Assembly: GCA_013239625.1 (NCBI GenBank)
Contig: MU053645.1
Span: 736,274 to 800,273 of the forward strand
Length of the DNA: 64,000 nt
Direction: 5' to 3'
DNA from: Lama guanicoe
Lineage: Eukaryota
The position numbers were made by a program, and so were the translations under genes. Numbering within the stretch: the stretch's first letter is position 1; every line of letters begins with the position of its first letter. The notes beneath the pieces were generated by a model. The model was not told the DNA's origin. It saw only the letters and a program-made list of their open reading frames with translations, and did not search any database. Positions 40,502 to 53,629 of the stretch are shown piece by piece.

Positions 40502-43500
40502 GAGTATTGACTTTTCCATTTAGGACCTTGCCTAGAAATCACAAACAATATCAAAACACGATAGAAAAGTTTTCTACTTCAACCAACAGGAAGATACGAA
40601 ATGAAATGCTAGTATGAACATATCTGGCTATGGAGACAGCTAATAAGCTCCATAAAACAGCTGTAACCATCTTCTGAACTGTAAGACAGTCAGACTTCTT
40701 TCCCAATAGTAAGTATTGCTATGTTGACAACCTGATAGTGAAAACTTGTGAAAATGTCTATAACTAAGGCCATAGCTGTTTCTGCTCTGTCCCTATGGCC
40801 AATCTCTTAACAGGTATTCCAAGGGTTGTTAATTTTGCCATTGGTTCCTAAGCCAATATTTTCTTTTACTGCATACATACCAAAAACCTTATCAACATAC
40901 AGAAGATACCTGCTAACTTACATAGCTTTTTAAGGTGTTTACTGAGATATGTCAGGGGTCAAATTCTGGGTTTCTACAAAAAGATCAAATCCTAGTAGAG
41001 TGTGGTCAGTCTGGATTAATTTTATCCACCAACACTAGCAGTATAAAGGAATCTCAACATTGAATTTTACCATAAGGCCACTTTAGAAATTGGACATTAA
41101 CTGGCTAACTCCCAATACAAGAGTTTTTATGGAATTCAATTTTGCCTTCATTTCCTTATGTATACCCCATGGCAATTGCCTACCCTACTCTACTTGGACT
41201 TCAGAAGATATCAACCACACAAAAGAAAACTGGAAAGAGATCAGAAGCAGCCTGGTAAGACTTAGAAGGAGGGCAGCTGTTAATCTCTTGGTGAGACATT
41301 ACAGGATCGTGTCTGTTCTAAGCATCAAAGGATACTGCTGTTAGAAACATAAAGTGCCAAGGACACTTCAAAATCGAGTGTTTTTACAACTAAGTAATAA
41401 TAATGACAAATGGGATTAGCATACCAACCAATAATTCTAAGATGGCCTCAAATGATTGTTACTATTCATACTACCTAGAACTTACTGAAATTTTACATCA
41501 TACACAACACAGGAGAGCTGACGGCTGCCGCCTACTGGGTTTACAAACGAAATTAGAATGACTGGTACTTAGATTTCTGGTGAAGTTAATTACTGGCAAG
41601 TACTCCTGACTATGCCCATGTCTGTGTCATGTGAAGTTATTATCAGAGTATTCCCATTCTGATGTTCAGATGTAACTCCACTGTAAAATGTAGATTGTGA
41701 GCTAGTGCTTTTCTCTCTTCCACAATGTAGGTTCTTAGAACCCAAAGGACATAATATATTCCCACTGGAGATCAAATACAATAACATTTACTTCTCCTAT
41801 AAGATGTTTGACAGTCTCCTTAAAAACCAAGAAGCTAACGTTGCCAGAATTTTTTTTAAGTCTCAGTCAATAAGATAAATTTGGTTCAATTTGACTTTTC
41901 ATGACCTCATTTTCAGTACTTCGGGGCTAAACATTTCCATGTCCCCTTGCTGTTGTTAATGCCCTGCATGATGTGGCCTATCGTAACATTCTGTCCTTCA
42001 CTCATTAAGATGCAGTCACAATGGCATTTCCTCTGCTTCTTGAAAGTATTAAGTCTATTTGAACCATGGACTTTAATACTTGCTCTTCTCTTTGATTTTT
42101 TTATCATTTGTTTTTTGTTTAGTGTAAGTAAAGAATTTGTTCCTCTTTTTTATCATTATGTTCCTGGGATCTGAACAGATAGAACAGTGCTCAGTAAATT
42201 TTAGTTGATTAAATGTGTGGGCATCAAAAGGTATATATATATTCAAGAGACATCTCTCTGCTTTATTTTGCATAAACCCCATATGATGCTAACCCCCATC
42301 CTCAGTCTATGGTTTCATACAGATGGCTGGTCAAACATCATCTTCCCTCTTTCAATATGACTCGGGATAATTTTGTAGGTATTCTTATACCACCAGGGTA
42401 AGAATTAACCATGTTTTGTGCATCAGCATACCAGCAAAGAAAGGAATATACTGGCTATATCTGGGAGACAAGGAGGACTAGGGTGGGTATAGGGGATGGA
42501 AGGAAGATAAACGGTCACAGGTTTTAAAAAGTATTAAACACTGAAGAAAGAGAATCACCTCTGCTGAGTACCTAAAGTATTACGAACAGTTCCTAATGTT
42601 ACAGACTTTGATCATATCTGCTCCATGATATTCATCCATACAGGTGAAAGAGACTTACTTGCTAAATATTTCCCCATTATTATGTTACAAACCCAGGGAA
42701 AAGAGAGCTGTTGACCAGCAGTCTCAACAGTGGAAGTCTACAGAATGTCTAGCTTCTTGAAAGGAGCTGACTATCCAAAATATATTTAGCCCTGGGGAGA
42801 AAATAGGGTAGACTACCTAGGGGACCAATATAATATAGTGGTTTCATAACAAAGTATGAGCTTTGAACTAAGATCCACCAGGTTCAACTAGCTCTGTGCC
42901 CTTGGGCAAGTTAGGTAACATCACTCAATCTCAGATTCCCCAGCTGAAAAATAAGGATAAGACAACCTTCATGGTGACTCCATTGGAGATTGGAGAAAGG
43001 ACTTTCTTTTACTATACAAACTTAAGCAAAAATAAGTTTACTGTTTCCAGTTGGAATGATGATAATACCTGACTTCTCCAGGCTGTTGTAACTATTAAAC
43101 AAAATAAGATACATAAAAATATATAAGAGAGCATCTGGCACATAGTAGATATTTAATAAACTGTAGTTAGAATTGTTATTACTGCTAGTATTAGTTGTTA
43201 TATATGTTAACAATTAATTATAATTTATATGCGATAAAGTAATTACAATCATCAATATAATAAAAACAATACACTGGCAGCCATGGGTTAATATGTGCCC
43301 CTGGGTTGGGGTGCTACTTGAGAGGAAAGAGTCTAAGAGAGATCAGTTAGGCAACAGGTCTAGTACCAGTGGGCCATGAAGTTCTGAAAGGATCGAAAGG
43401 ATATACTGACCTAGGCACAAAAAGAAGTTAATCAAGAGAAAGCAACTAAATCAGAAGGCAAGAAGGAACTTCTGGGTACTGTGATTACTAGCTACCAGGC

Positions 43501-45419
43501 AAAGGCCAGAGCTTTGGAGTTCAAATTGTTAGTAAGAGTTCCACCAAGCCTTTTGCAAGTTTCTTAGACAAACACCTTCTATAATAAATCCCAGACCACT
43601 AGGCACGGTCACATGTTCCCTCCCCAAGCCCTCCAAGGTTACATTTTGGAGGGCATCCCAACAGCACCTTCGGTAACGTGGGATGAGGATGAGGGCAGGG
43701 AACCCACCCTGGGGATGGCTGATGGGTTAAAGGAGGAAATGTTTCAGACTTCTCTAAGCCTTATCCACAAACAACCTTGGCTGGGGCTCTGCATGAATTC
43801 ACTCTTGCTCTGGTCTCTAGCATGTAAAAGGCTGCGGGCAAATTGCTTGTTAGCTATGAACAAGCCCTAGTATGAAGTCCTTGATGATGACCAAGGTCTC
43901 TGGAACTGAAGACAAGGCCTGGTATGAGTCCTGCTGTCTCAGTTGCTGATCTGGGGGAGGTGTGATCAAGGATGCCTGATAGTCTAAGACTCAGGTTGAT
44001 TTTTATTAGTTGTGTAATCCAGCCCTGGCACAATTCCCGATAACAATTTCACATTATTTAGATTTTATATTGAAAAATGCCGGAGGCCAGTTCTATTTAA
44101 AATGTTGCCTGCAACTGGGACCTAAAAATGTTACTTTTCTTTCATTAGGTACAATTAGAGCTGTGTAGGTTTGAGGAGGCAGACTGACGAGTGTGCAAGA
44201 ATGGGAATTGTACATTTTTTTTCTTTCCTCCCCTCACATCCTGAGGAGGACAAGGAACAGCACATTCAGGCTCAATATGAGCAAAAGGTCTTTGCAATGA
44301 TGTTGCAGCAATACTTTACAACTGTATACATTTTTAATCTTTCAAGCACTTTCATATCTCCTATCTTACTTAATTCTGCCAATAATCTAGGAAAATGTGC
44401 AGGGTATGTATCGTCTACATTTTGCATCAGAGTAAAACTTAAACACAGAGAGGACAAACAACTTAGCCAAACTCATACAGCTGGCCACTGGATGAGAAAC
44501 AAGGATTTGGCTGTTAGCCCCCGGACATTCTCAAAACTTGATGCTATCAGCCAAACTAACTCATGGTTACCCATGCCAACTTGGGGAAGCTCACAGAAAG
44601 AAATGCAGATGTGCAAAGATACCATTTAAACAAAATTGTGGTTAATACACATAGTACAGTATTTGTTTATAAATAAGACTCACTTTCTATTCCAAAGATT
44701 TAATGTTAGCTACTTTAGGTCATAATTTATACTTTTTTGTGGAAATATTTCTAAGGGAAAATGTTGACCATTTTGGGTTCCCTGAGGGGAAAAGTAGGAT
44801 TTAAAACATATTAAAAATCCAGATGCCTCTTTCCAATTCCTATTTATAAAACACACTTATACTATAAAATCTAAAGTTTAATTTCAAAATTTGAGTTTAT
44901 ATGAATTTGTTGTATCACCAGGGCTAACTTATTGAAAAAAAACTAAGTTAGAGAAACATTCATATCTAAAAGCATAAGCCCAGATAAAATGCCTCAGGAT
45001 AAAGTTGAAACTTTTCTAAATAGTTCCTTAAATTGTCTTATCCTCATTTCAAGATACTTTCCCTGAAAATTACAGAACCATCTAACAATCCGTAAACTAA
45101 AACTTTGCTTTCTGACATTTCTGAAATGTGAACTGACGGCTGTGCATACCTATCAATTAACCAGCCTACCATCACTGGATAATATTGTCTTCCTCAAAAC
45201 GTAAGAACTATGAACTGACAATATACCAAATTTAGGAAAGGGAAACAAATGAATAAACAAACAGGATATTAGGCTCTTTGGTGAATTCCATTTCTTGAGA
45301 ATCATTACGAAGTAAGAACATTTTCCTGAAAAATATCTTAAACTGTGTGGGAAAGGAGAGTTTCAGATGAGTGCAGAAATAAGTACATATAACTGTAAAC
45401 ATGCAATGTTAATACTTTA

Positions 45420-48270
45420 AAAGACCAAGAAGAGAAAAAAGAGAGAAAATATAAATTACTATTATCAGAAATAAAAGAGGAGGTATCACTACAAATCCCA
45501 TGGATATTAAAAGGCTAATAAAGGAATACTATGAACAACTCTATGCCCACAAATTTGATAACCTAGATGAAAAGGACCAAGTTTTTGAAAGGCACAATCT
45601 GCCAACTCTCACACAAGAAGAAACAGACAACATGAACAAACCTATAACTATCAGAGAAATTGAATTAATAATTAATAAACTTCCAAAGCAGAATGCAACA
45701 GGCCCAAATGGATTCTCTGGTCAATTCTATCAAATATTTTAGAAACAAATTATATCAATTCTCTATAATCTCTTTCAGAAGATAGAAGCAAAGGGAACAA
45801 TTTCTAACTCATTTTATGTGGCTATGATTACCCTAATAACAAAACTAAAAATGTTAAAAGAAAAAAACATACCAATATCTCTCACGAACATAGATGCAAA
45901 ATCCTCAGCAAAATATCAGCAGATCAAATCCAGGAATGTATAAAGAGAATTATACACCACAACCAAGTGGGATTTATCCCAGGTATGGAAAGCTGGTTCA
46001 ACATTCAAAAAGCAATCAATGCAATCTATCACATCAACAGGTTAAAGGAGAAAAATCACATGATCATATCAGAACTCAGAAAAAGCATTTGACAAAATCC
46101 GAAGCTCATTCATAACAAAAACTCTCAGTAAACTAGGACTAGAGGGAAAATCCTTTAAGTTGATAAAGAATATCTACAAAAAGCCTACAGCAAATGTCAT
46201 TCTTAGTGGTGAAAAACTAGAAGCTTTCCCACTACAATCAGGAAAAAGGGAAGTATGTACTCTCTCACCACTGCATTTCAGCATCATACTGGAAGTCCTA
46301 GTTAATGCAATAGACAAAAAAAGGGAAATAAAATGTATATAGATTTGAAAGAAATAAATAAAATCATCTTTGTTCATAGATGACATGATTTTTAATGTAG
46401 AAAATCTGAAAGAATTGGAAAAAAAAAACCTGGAACAAATAAACAATTATAGCAAGGTAGCAGGATATAATGTTAATACACAGAAGTCAACTGCTTTCCT
46501 ATATGCCAGCAATGAACAAGTTTTAAATTTAAAATTAAAAATGCAATCTCATTTACATTCGAAATCCCCAAAATGAAAAACTTAAATGTATTTCTAACAA
46601 AATATATACAAGGTCTATATAAGAATAACTACAAAACTGAAAAGAACAAAGTTGGAGGATTGACACTACCTGACTTCAAGACCTACTAGAAACCTACAGT
46701 AATTAAGATATTGTGATACTAGCAAAAAAAGTAGACAAATGGATCAATGGAATAGAATATTGAGCCTGGAAATAAAGCCCCATAAATATAGTTGACTGAT
46801 CCTTGACAAAGAAGTGCAATACAATGGAGCGGAGCAAAGACAGTCTTTGCAACAAATAGTACTAAAACAACTGGACATCCACATGCGAAAAAATGAATCC
46901 AGACACAGATCTTTATACCCATCACAAAGAAACTCAAAATGGATCAGAGACCTAAATTTAAAGTACAAAACTATAAAAACTCCTAGAAGACAACAAAGGA
47001 GAAAAGTTAGATGACACTGGCTATGACAATAATTTTTTAAGTTACAACATCAAAGGAAGGATCTGTGAAAGAAATAATTAAGTTGGACTTCATTAAAATG
47101 AAAAACTTCCGCTCTGCAAGAGACAATATCAAAAGAATTCGAAAACAAGCCACAGATGGGGAGAAAATATTTGCAGAAGACACAACAAGTAAAGGGCAGT
47201 TATCCAAAATATGCAAAGAACACTTAAAACTTAACAATAATAAAACAAATAACCCAACTTAAAAATGAGTCAAAGACCTTAACAGACACCTCAGCAAAGA
47301 AGATATACAGATAGCAAATAAGAATTTGAAAATATGTACATCATATGTTAACAGGTAAATGCAAATTAAAACAATGAGATATACACACACCTATCAGAAT
47401 AGCCAAAATTCAGAACAGTGACGGCACCAAATGCTGGTGGGCACGTAGATCAACAGGAACTCTCATTCGTTAATGGTGGGAATGCAAAATGGCATAGCCA
47501 CTTTGCAAGACAGTTTGACATTTTCTTACAAAACAAAACATAACCTTACCATATGATCTAGCTTTCGTATTCTTTGCTATCTATCCAAAGGAGTGGAAAA
47601 ATTATGTCCACACAAAAACATGCACATACACATTTACAGCAGTTTTGTTCATAATTACCAAAACTTGGAAGCAATCAAGAGGTCCTTCAGTAAATGAATG
47701 GATAAATTAACTGTGGCACATCTAGACAATGGCATATTATTTAGTGCTAAAAAAAATGAGCTTTCAAGCCATGAACAGACATGGAGGAACCATATGTATT
47801 AGTAAGAAAAAGAAGCCAATCCAAAAAAGCTACATACTATAGGATTCTAACTATATGGCCTTGTGGAAAAGGCAAATCTATAGCGACAATAAAAAAAGAT
47901 CGTCATGGATTGGGGGGAGGGATGACTAGGTGGAGCACACAGGATTTTTAGGGCAGGGAAAATACTCTGTTTGATAATACAATGGTGGATACATGTCATT
48001 ATACATTTGTCTAATCCCATAGAATGTACAAGACCAAGAGTGAACTACAATGAAAACTATGGACTTTGAGTGATAGTGATATGTCAACATAGGTTAATCA
48101 ATTGTGACAAATGTTAGGTTAATCAATTGTGACAAATGTTCCACTCTGGGGGATTTTGATAATGGCACATGCACGTGTATGGGAAGGAGGTACATGGGAA
48201 ATCTCTGTACTTTCCTCTCAATTCTATTATGAACCTAAAACTTCTCTAAAAATAAAATATTTTCTAAAAA
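45420..48270 (+). mobile_element. Decayed LINE-1 (L1MC-like): ORF2 reverse-transcriptase region plus 3' UTR
   Basis: Fragments [50 protein letters not shown] (YADD-equivalent) and LDFIKMKNF, with many stops and frameshifts. Apparent internal deletion near 46640. Confidence 0.92.
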
Positions 48271-50661
48271 GAGACCAGGTGAGCCAAAGCTCTGACCAAT
48301 TTCTTAACATTATTTTACAAAGAGCCTCAACCTTTTAGATACATTCAAATGGCATTTATTGAGCACCTGCTATGTGCCATGCTGCTTCTATACACTGAAA
48401 AGCAAATGTAAACTTAATACAATCACAAAGATCTGCATTTTAAGAAGTTGAGAAAGCACAGGATGTTTTGAATAACTTACTTTTCACCTTTTTAGTCTAT
48501 AAGCAGCTAGTCTTTGAGTTGTGAGGAATTCAGGACTTTTTGTTTTTTAGTTTGTTTTTAATAAAGAATGGCATCTTTCATGGATGATATCTCTAATCTA
48601 TAAGAATGTTAATATAAAAGGTTTGAGTTTATGTACATTTTTTCCCATTAAGCAGAAACATGGTTAACAAACAACAAGGATATATTGGAAGTATGAACAG
48701 AGAATACTTTATTAACTGTTCTCTCCTGCTAAAATGAACACTAAGCCGTTGGCACAACACTGATATTCGCCAACCCAGGATTATTCAAACGTATTTACTT
48801 ACGCTTCATGATGCAGTCAGAGAAAAGGTCAACTCAGGGACTTGAATCAAACTGGACTCTATGACACTAACATCTGGCTTCTGCCCCATCATTCTATTGA
48901 ATTTCTATCTCTAGACTCAAGGATATCTTACTAACCAAATCTAATGACCTCCTGTTCACCTTCATCCGATCTTATCTCAGTGCATTATTTGAAACTTATC
49001 CTTCAACATTCTAATCTCACCTTACTTCTTTCTCACTACGATTGTCTACTTCTCTGACCACTCCTTGTAACTCTATTACTGGCTTTTCTTCCCTGACCTA
49101 GCTCCAAAATCTTGGCCATCTTCCCCTAGGCCTCATGATTCCTTCCTCTATTTTGTTTGCTTCCTGATGTTTTTCTTTTCCCCCTCCAATCTTCATCTCC
49201 AGACATTTTGTTCAAGCACCGGATTCCAACCACAAACAAGTGCTGAAGACATCCAAGTCTACAGTATTTTTCTCTGTTTCTGTCCTCCCTAAGTTCCAGC
49301 CCAGTACAGCCATCTAACTATGATTCTATTCTATTGTCATGAAAGCACTTACCAGTCACAAACTGAACTTAGTAGCTCTCCCCTACAGTCCGTTATTCCT
49401 CCTATATTATCTATCATGATTAGAAGCATCACTAATCACACTATCTAGTTTCTCAAGTCAGGTGCATCAAAATCATCCTCCACTCCACCTCTCCATACTC
49501 ATTTCCCTTATAAAATTGGTTAACAAGTTGTGTTCAGTTCTGTTTCAAAATTCTCTCCTTAACTGGTATCTAGGTCCCACCACAGTTCAAGCCCTAACCG
49601 TGTTTTACCTGCACGACTAAAGCAGGATCTTAACAGGTTTCCCTGTCTTCATTTTCTCCCTCCTCTAATCCTTTGGCCAAACAAATGATTTACTTTTAGT
49701 TCTACAAAAGTGTTTACAATCAGAAATGGAAGGATGGTAGCATATAGAGACAAGTGATCACAAGCTGGAGTCCATGTTTAAAATGTTATATAGGAGGAAT
49801 AAAAAAGGTAGCGTAAAAGAAGTTTTGAGGCTAGAAGAAGAGAAGGCAAAGGAGTACGCAGGTCAGCTATAACACTGTCAGTGAGGGTGGACAGCGGCAG
49901 AAAGGAAGAGGTTGATGGAGACAAGCCAGGGATCGAAAGATCCTAGACACTCTGCTCCTCTTGTTCTATACCCCCTCCCTAGGTTATTTTAGCCACTGCT
50001 CTGAGCCTAACTTCTCAATACTCCATCTCCAGTCCTGATGTCTCTCCTAAGCTCTAGACTCATACATCCAGCTGTCTGTGGGGTATCTCTACTGGGGTGC
50101 TCCACAGGTATCTGAATATCAATGCATCTAAAGGTGAACTCACCCCAGTTTCTCCTTCATTCTCCATATAAGTATGTAGTATCACTATCTACTTAGTTCC
50201 CTATAGCAGAAAACTGGGACTTACCCTACTCATTCTCTTACCCCTGACCCTGACATCCCTATGAATCCTACCTACCAAAAAGCTCATTAAAAGTGCCTCT
50301 CCATCCCAAATTCGACTGCCTTAGATTGTATTTTGAATTATCGTGGCATTTCCCCTAATGAGTCTCCCTGACTCCAGTATCTCCCCTCCTTCCTCACCAT
50401 TTCAATTTCTACATTATGTTTTGAATGCTCTTTCTACAGAAGTCACTCTGGAACAAGTGAAAACATGAACCCTTCCAACTGAGGGCTGATTAATAAAATA
50501 CACAAATTGAAATGGAAAGAAGACACAAGATAACAGTTTAAAAGAGAGTTAAAACAGTGGGATTTATACCTCTGGTATTTAACCACTTCCTTAGGTAATA
50601 CTTTAATGCCTGATTTATTATTATCAGACATAAGACTCTTAAAGAATAAATGTTGTCTTTT

Positions 50662-50782
50662 TCTTATTTATTTATTTAGGGGGCAATTAGGTTTATTTAT
50701 TTAAATGGAAGTACTGAGGATTGAACCCAGCACCTCATGCATGCTAAGTGTGCGCTCTACCACTGAGCTATACCCTCCCCCC
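50662..50782 (-). mobile_element. tRNA-derived SINE (camelid Vic-1-like) with a 12-bp TSD
   Basis: Minus strand GGGGGAGGGTATAGCTCAGTGGTAGAGCGCACACTTAGCATGCATGAGGTGCTGGGTTCAATCC. TSD ATGTTGTCTTTT at 50650-50661 and 50783-50794. Confidence 0.92.
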
Positions 50783-51355
50783 ATGTTGTCTTTTACAATG
50801 TAGTTCATAGAATAGAATATAATGCTCATATATCAAATAAGGAATGTCTGCTTTTTCAGATAGAAATATAAATTAAAACCTACAATAATGTATCTCTGCA
50901 TGGCTAGTGCTTTGGGCATGGAAATGATGGGAGAGAAGAGAATGTAGAAAGTTAAATTAGAAAGGTGGTCTAGGATGAGACTCTTAATGTCAGCCCAAAT
51001 AATGTGTCACAAGAAGCCATCAAATATTTTTAAGCTTGAGAGTTAGCATCATCATAAGAAAGATGAGGAAGAGATTAGAAATTAGAAAGAGAGTAAAGTC
51101 AGAGTGATGACTTAAAAAGCGACATGGGCATTCCCTAAACGGGAAGCGATGTCAAATAAGTTCCTGAGGTAGCAGCAACAAGATTTGGCAATTGCTTCAA
51201 TTGTTATTAAAGAGAGGTGGTGTTGATGATTTTGAGGTTTCTATACTGAACAACACAGGGATACAGGAGGAGAAACTTTGGTGGGGGGGGAGGCTGAGTT
51301 ATGAATATTTAGATTTGGGATGTCTTTGGGACACATCGGAAATATGAATCTAGAT

Positions 51356-51533
51356 CAGGACTTGGCAAACTACAGACCAAATTCTGCCAGCTGCCTGTTA
51401 CCGTAAACAAAGTTTTGTTGGAACATAGGCACTTCTTCAAATATTACTTATATCTGCTTTTGTGCTACAACTAGTTGCCTACAAAGTCTCAATTACTCTC
51501 TGGCCCTTTAAAGAATAAGTTTACTGGCCATGT
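51356..51533. mobile_element. MER58-like hAT/Charlie MITE
   Basis: CAGGACTTGGCAAACTAC..AAAGTTTTGTTGGAACA..TCTGGCCCTTTAAAGAATAAGTTT. Confidence 0.7.
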
Positions 51534-51589
51534 ATCAGAATTGAGCAGTGTCTAAAACAGGAGCTACAGAATCTTCCTGGAGGGAAGGG

Positions 51590-52050
51590 GGCGCCAGAAG
51601 CCACTGAGATGTTGGGGCTGTTTTCAGTTCTAGAATATTCCATGTGTAAGAGAGGAGCGCCTCCTGGGTGGGACAAACCATTACTGCGGGGGTGGGGAGG
51701 GATTTTTTGTATTTGATTTCAAGCGCTTCGCTTTCTTGGTTCTAAGTCTTTTCTTACCGCTACTGTTCCCTCCCACTTTCAAAGACTTTCAACAGTGTAG
51801 CGGTTTCCCTTATGTCGAGGGGAGGGGGGAGTATCCCTCGTGCACCCTTCCCACCCCTAATGTTTCTGGAAGTTGGTACAGTCCCAAGGGAAAAGCCTGG
51901 AAGGGTCGGCGGGAGGCTCTCTTTCGTCAGAGCCGTCTGAGAGAAAGAGGTCCCCTCTCAGTCTGGGCGTGGCAGACGGGCGTGTTTGCCCTGCATCCCC
52001 ACTGACCCTGAGGTAAGGCCTGGTGGGAGGTGTCCGGGGCGGGAAAGCCA
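51590..52050 (+). promoter_or_regulatory. Candidate TEX13A promoter region, GC/CpG-enriched relative to the flanks
   Basis: Abrupt rise in GC and CpG in an AT-rich intron. Sp/KLF-like boxes GGGCGTGG (~51965), GGGCGTGT (~51978) and GGGGCGGG (~52036). Confidence 0.45.
51950..52012 (+). other. TEX13A: Probable non-coding first exon of TEX13A (5' boundary uncertain); intron 52013-52152
   Basis: Strong donor GAG|GTAAGG at 52013, branch-like GGCTGAT at 52134-52140, and acceptor tcctctccgcAG at 52151-52152, 32 nt before the ATG. Confidence 0.6.
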
Positions 52051-52184
52051 GTCAGGGGTTCTTGTTCTTTACAAAAGTGTGAAGCGGGAAGGGGAGAGGA
52101 AGCAGAGATGAGAAGATTGGGGGGTGGACAACTGGCTGATTCCTCTCCGCAGGGCCAGCCAAGCCCCAAAGGCCCTCAGCCAGC

Positions 52185-52643
52185 ATGGCCTTGAAACCCG
52201 AGGACCTCAGTGGTGGGTTCCAGCATGGCAAGGTGGTGGCCTTCATCAACGAGAAGATGGCCAGGCACGCAAAAGGCCCTGAGTTTTACCTCGAGAATAC
52301 ATCCCTGTCCTGGGAGGAGGTGGAGGCCAAGCTCAATGCCATCCTGGAGGACACGGAGGTGTCCAGCGAGGCCAAAGAGGCCTGTGCCTGGGGCAGCCTG
52401 GCCCTGGGCGTGCGCTTTGCCCACAGGCAGAACCAGTTAAATGAGCAGAGGATGCAGTGCCTGCATGACTTCGCAAGACTGCAAAGGTCAGCCGCGCAGG
52501 CCTTGGCCTCAGACCTGAAGTTGCTCACAGCGCAGCGGGAGGTGGAGCATAACGAGGCGGCCTCTCAGCTGTGGCTGGCCCAGGCCAGCCTGGCAGAGAT
52601 GCGGAAAGAAAGGGACCTGCTGAGGTGGAAGCTCTTCCAGACA
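52185..52643 (+). CDS. TEX13A: TEX13A coding exon 1 (TEX13 N-terminal domain, 153 codons)
   Basis: MALKPEDLSGGFQHGKVVAFINEKMARHAKGPEFYLENTSLSWEEVE... is the TEX13 family N-terminus. Kozak agcATGG, donor ACA|GTAAGA at 52644, phase 0. Nesting antisense in IL1RAPL2 matches the known TEX13A locus. Confidence 0.92.
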
Positions 52644-52676
52644 GTAAGATTATCCCGATTTGGTCCCAGCCCAACC

Positions 52677-52834
52677 CCCTGCCCCTGCTCCCACCTCCCT
52701 GCCCCTGCTCCCACCTCCCTGCCCCTGCTCCCACCTCCCTGCCCCTGCTCCCACCTCCCTGCGCCTGCCCCTGCCCCTGCTCCCACCTCCCTGCGCCTGC
52801 GCCTGCGCCTGCGCCTGCGCCTGCCCCTGCCCCC
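52677..52834 (+). repeat. Minisatellite in TEX13A intron 2: 20-bp unit CCCTGCCCCTGCTCCCACCT plus a (GCCTGC)n hexamer run
   Basis: Four perfect 20-bp units at 52677-52756, one variant unit, then tandem GCCTGC/CCCTGC hexamers. Confidence 0.95.
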
Positions 52835-52879
52835 ACACCGCCCTCATAACATGTCTCAACTCTGCCCACCTCTTTCCAG

Positions 52880-53608
52880 GAGCTGGGGCCTCTGCGGGAG
52901 CGGGTCGCAGAGGGGCCAGGCCTGGCCACTGCTACTGGGGCTGGCACAGGAGCAGGTGAGGTGGAAGAGAAGGCGGAAGCCACAGCTACTAGTGCTTCTG
53001 CTTCTGGCGCCACAGGAGGAGGAGGAGGAGGAAGACAGGAGGATCCAGAGGATACAGACGATGCAGAGGCAATGGAGAAACTGGGTGAAGACCTTATGCA
53101 GCTCCTCGGAGCTGCGGACCAGAAAAATTACACCTCTAGCAGGCAGAGGGAGGGAAATCTAAGATCACTGGAAACACCCATGGTTTATTTATCTGGGGCA
53201 AAAACATCTAGGTCCACAGTCTCACCGGAACTGCTTCCTGTCCAGCTGCCTGCCTCATTCACTTATTCATACTCTAGCCCCTTATCCCCCTTTCCAGACA
53301 CACCCATACCATCTCCACCTACAACATCACCACCAGCAGCAACATTCACAGCAGGAGCTCTACCTCAGACCTCTCCCCACTGGGGACCCTCTGATGTTAG
53401 CTTGTGGGCTAATATGGGGGCCCTGGGAATAAACCCTCGAGAACCCCAAAGAGAGAGGAGAGACTCTGATCCCCATCCGCAGAGGAGACAACCAGTGTAT
53501 CGCAGGCCAGGAGACTGGGACTGCCCTTGGTGTAAAGCTGTGAATTTTTCACGGAGGGAAACTTGCTTCCGCTGTGGGAGGGGTATCTGGCTGCAGACCC
53601 CTCAGTGA
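52880..53608 (+). CDS. TEX13A: TEX13A coding exon 2 (Ala/Gly/Glu-rich then Pro/Ser/Thr-rich linker, RanBP2-type zinc finger); spliced protein 395 aa
   Basis: Acceptor tctttccAG|GAG (AG at 52878-52879) is in frame with ORF 52961-53608. Ends RPGDWDCPWCKAVNFSRRETCFRCGRGIWLQTPQ* (W-x-C-x2-C-x3-N-x6-C-x2-C at 53504-53584). Confidence 0.9.
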   Translation, partial: ELGPLRERVAEGPGLATATGAGTGAGEVEEKAEATATSASASGATGGGGGGRQEDPEDTDDAEAMEKLGEDLMQLLGAADQKNYTSSRQREGNLRSLETPMVYLSGAKTSRSTVSPELLPVQLPASFTYSYSSPLSPFPDTPIPSPPTTSPPAATFTAGALPQTSPHWGPSDVSLWANMGALGINPREPQRERRDSDPHPQRRQPVYRRPGDWDCPWCKAVNFSRRETCFRCGRGIWLQTPQ

Positions 53609-53629
53609 ATTCAGAAATATGAAACAGAA

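Noticed and set aside
40064..40519. 151-aa minus-strand ORF as a standalone gene
   Set aside because: Only 40112-40298 is exon. The rest is intron and antisense L1 tail that happens to be open.
43628..43654. Hairpin GCCCTCCAA-N9-TTGGAGGGC
   Set aside because: A 9-bp stem is expected by chance in 64 kb and has no supporting context.
45420..48270. Functional reverse transcriptase
   Set aside because: L1 ORF2 is 5'-truncated, internally deleted and broken by many stops and frameshifts.
50700..50782. tRNA genes (also ~22350 and ~57192)
   Set aside because: A/B boxes are followed by A-rich tails and, in two copies, clear TSDs, so these are tRNA-derived SINEs.
52677..52834. CRISPR-like repeat array
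   Set aside because: Units are head-to-tail with no unique spacers, there are no cas genes, and the DNA is mammalian.
52644..52879. Idea that losing one 20-bp VNTR unit would turn TEX13A into a continuous single-exon ORF
   Set aside because: In the exon-2 frame there is a TAA at 52847-52849 inside the intron, so in-frame read-through would terminate.
52525..53013. Minus-strand Gly/Ala-rich ORFs
   Set aside because: They are artefacts of the GC-rich minisatellite and of antisense coding sequence.
52185..53162. 325-aa ORF and 215-aa ORF (52961-53608) as two separate genes
   Set aside because: Canonical GT-AG splicing joins them in frame into one TEX13A CDS.
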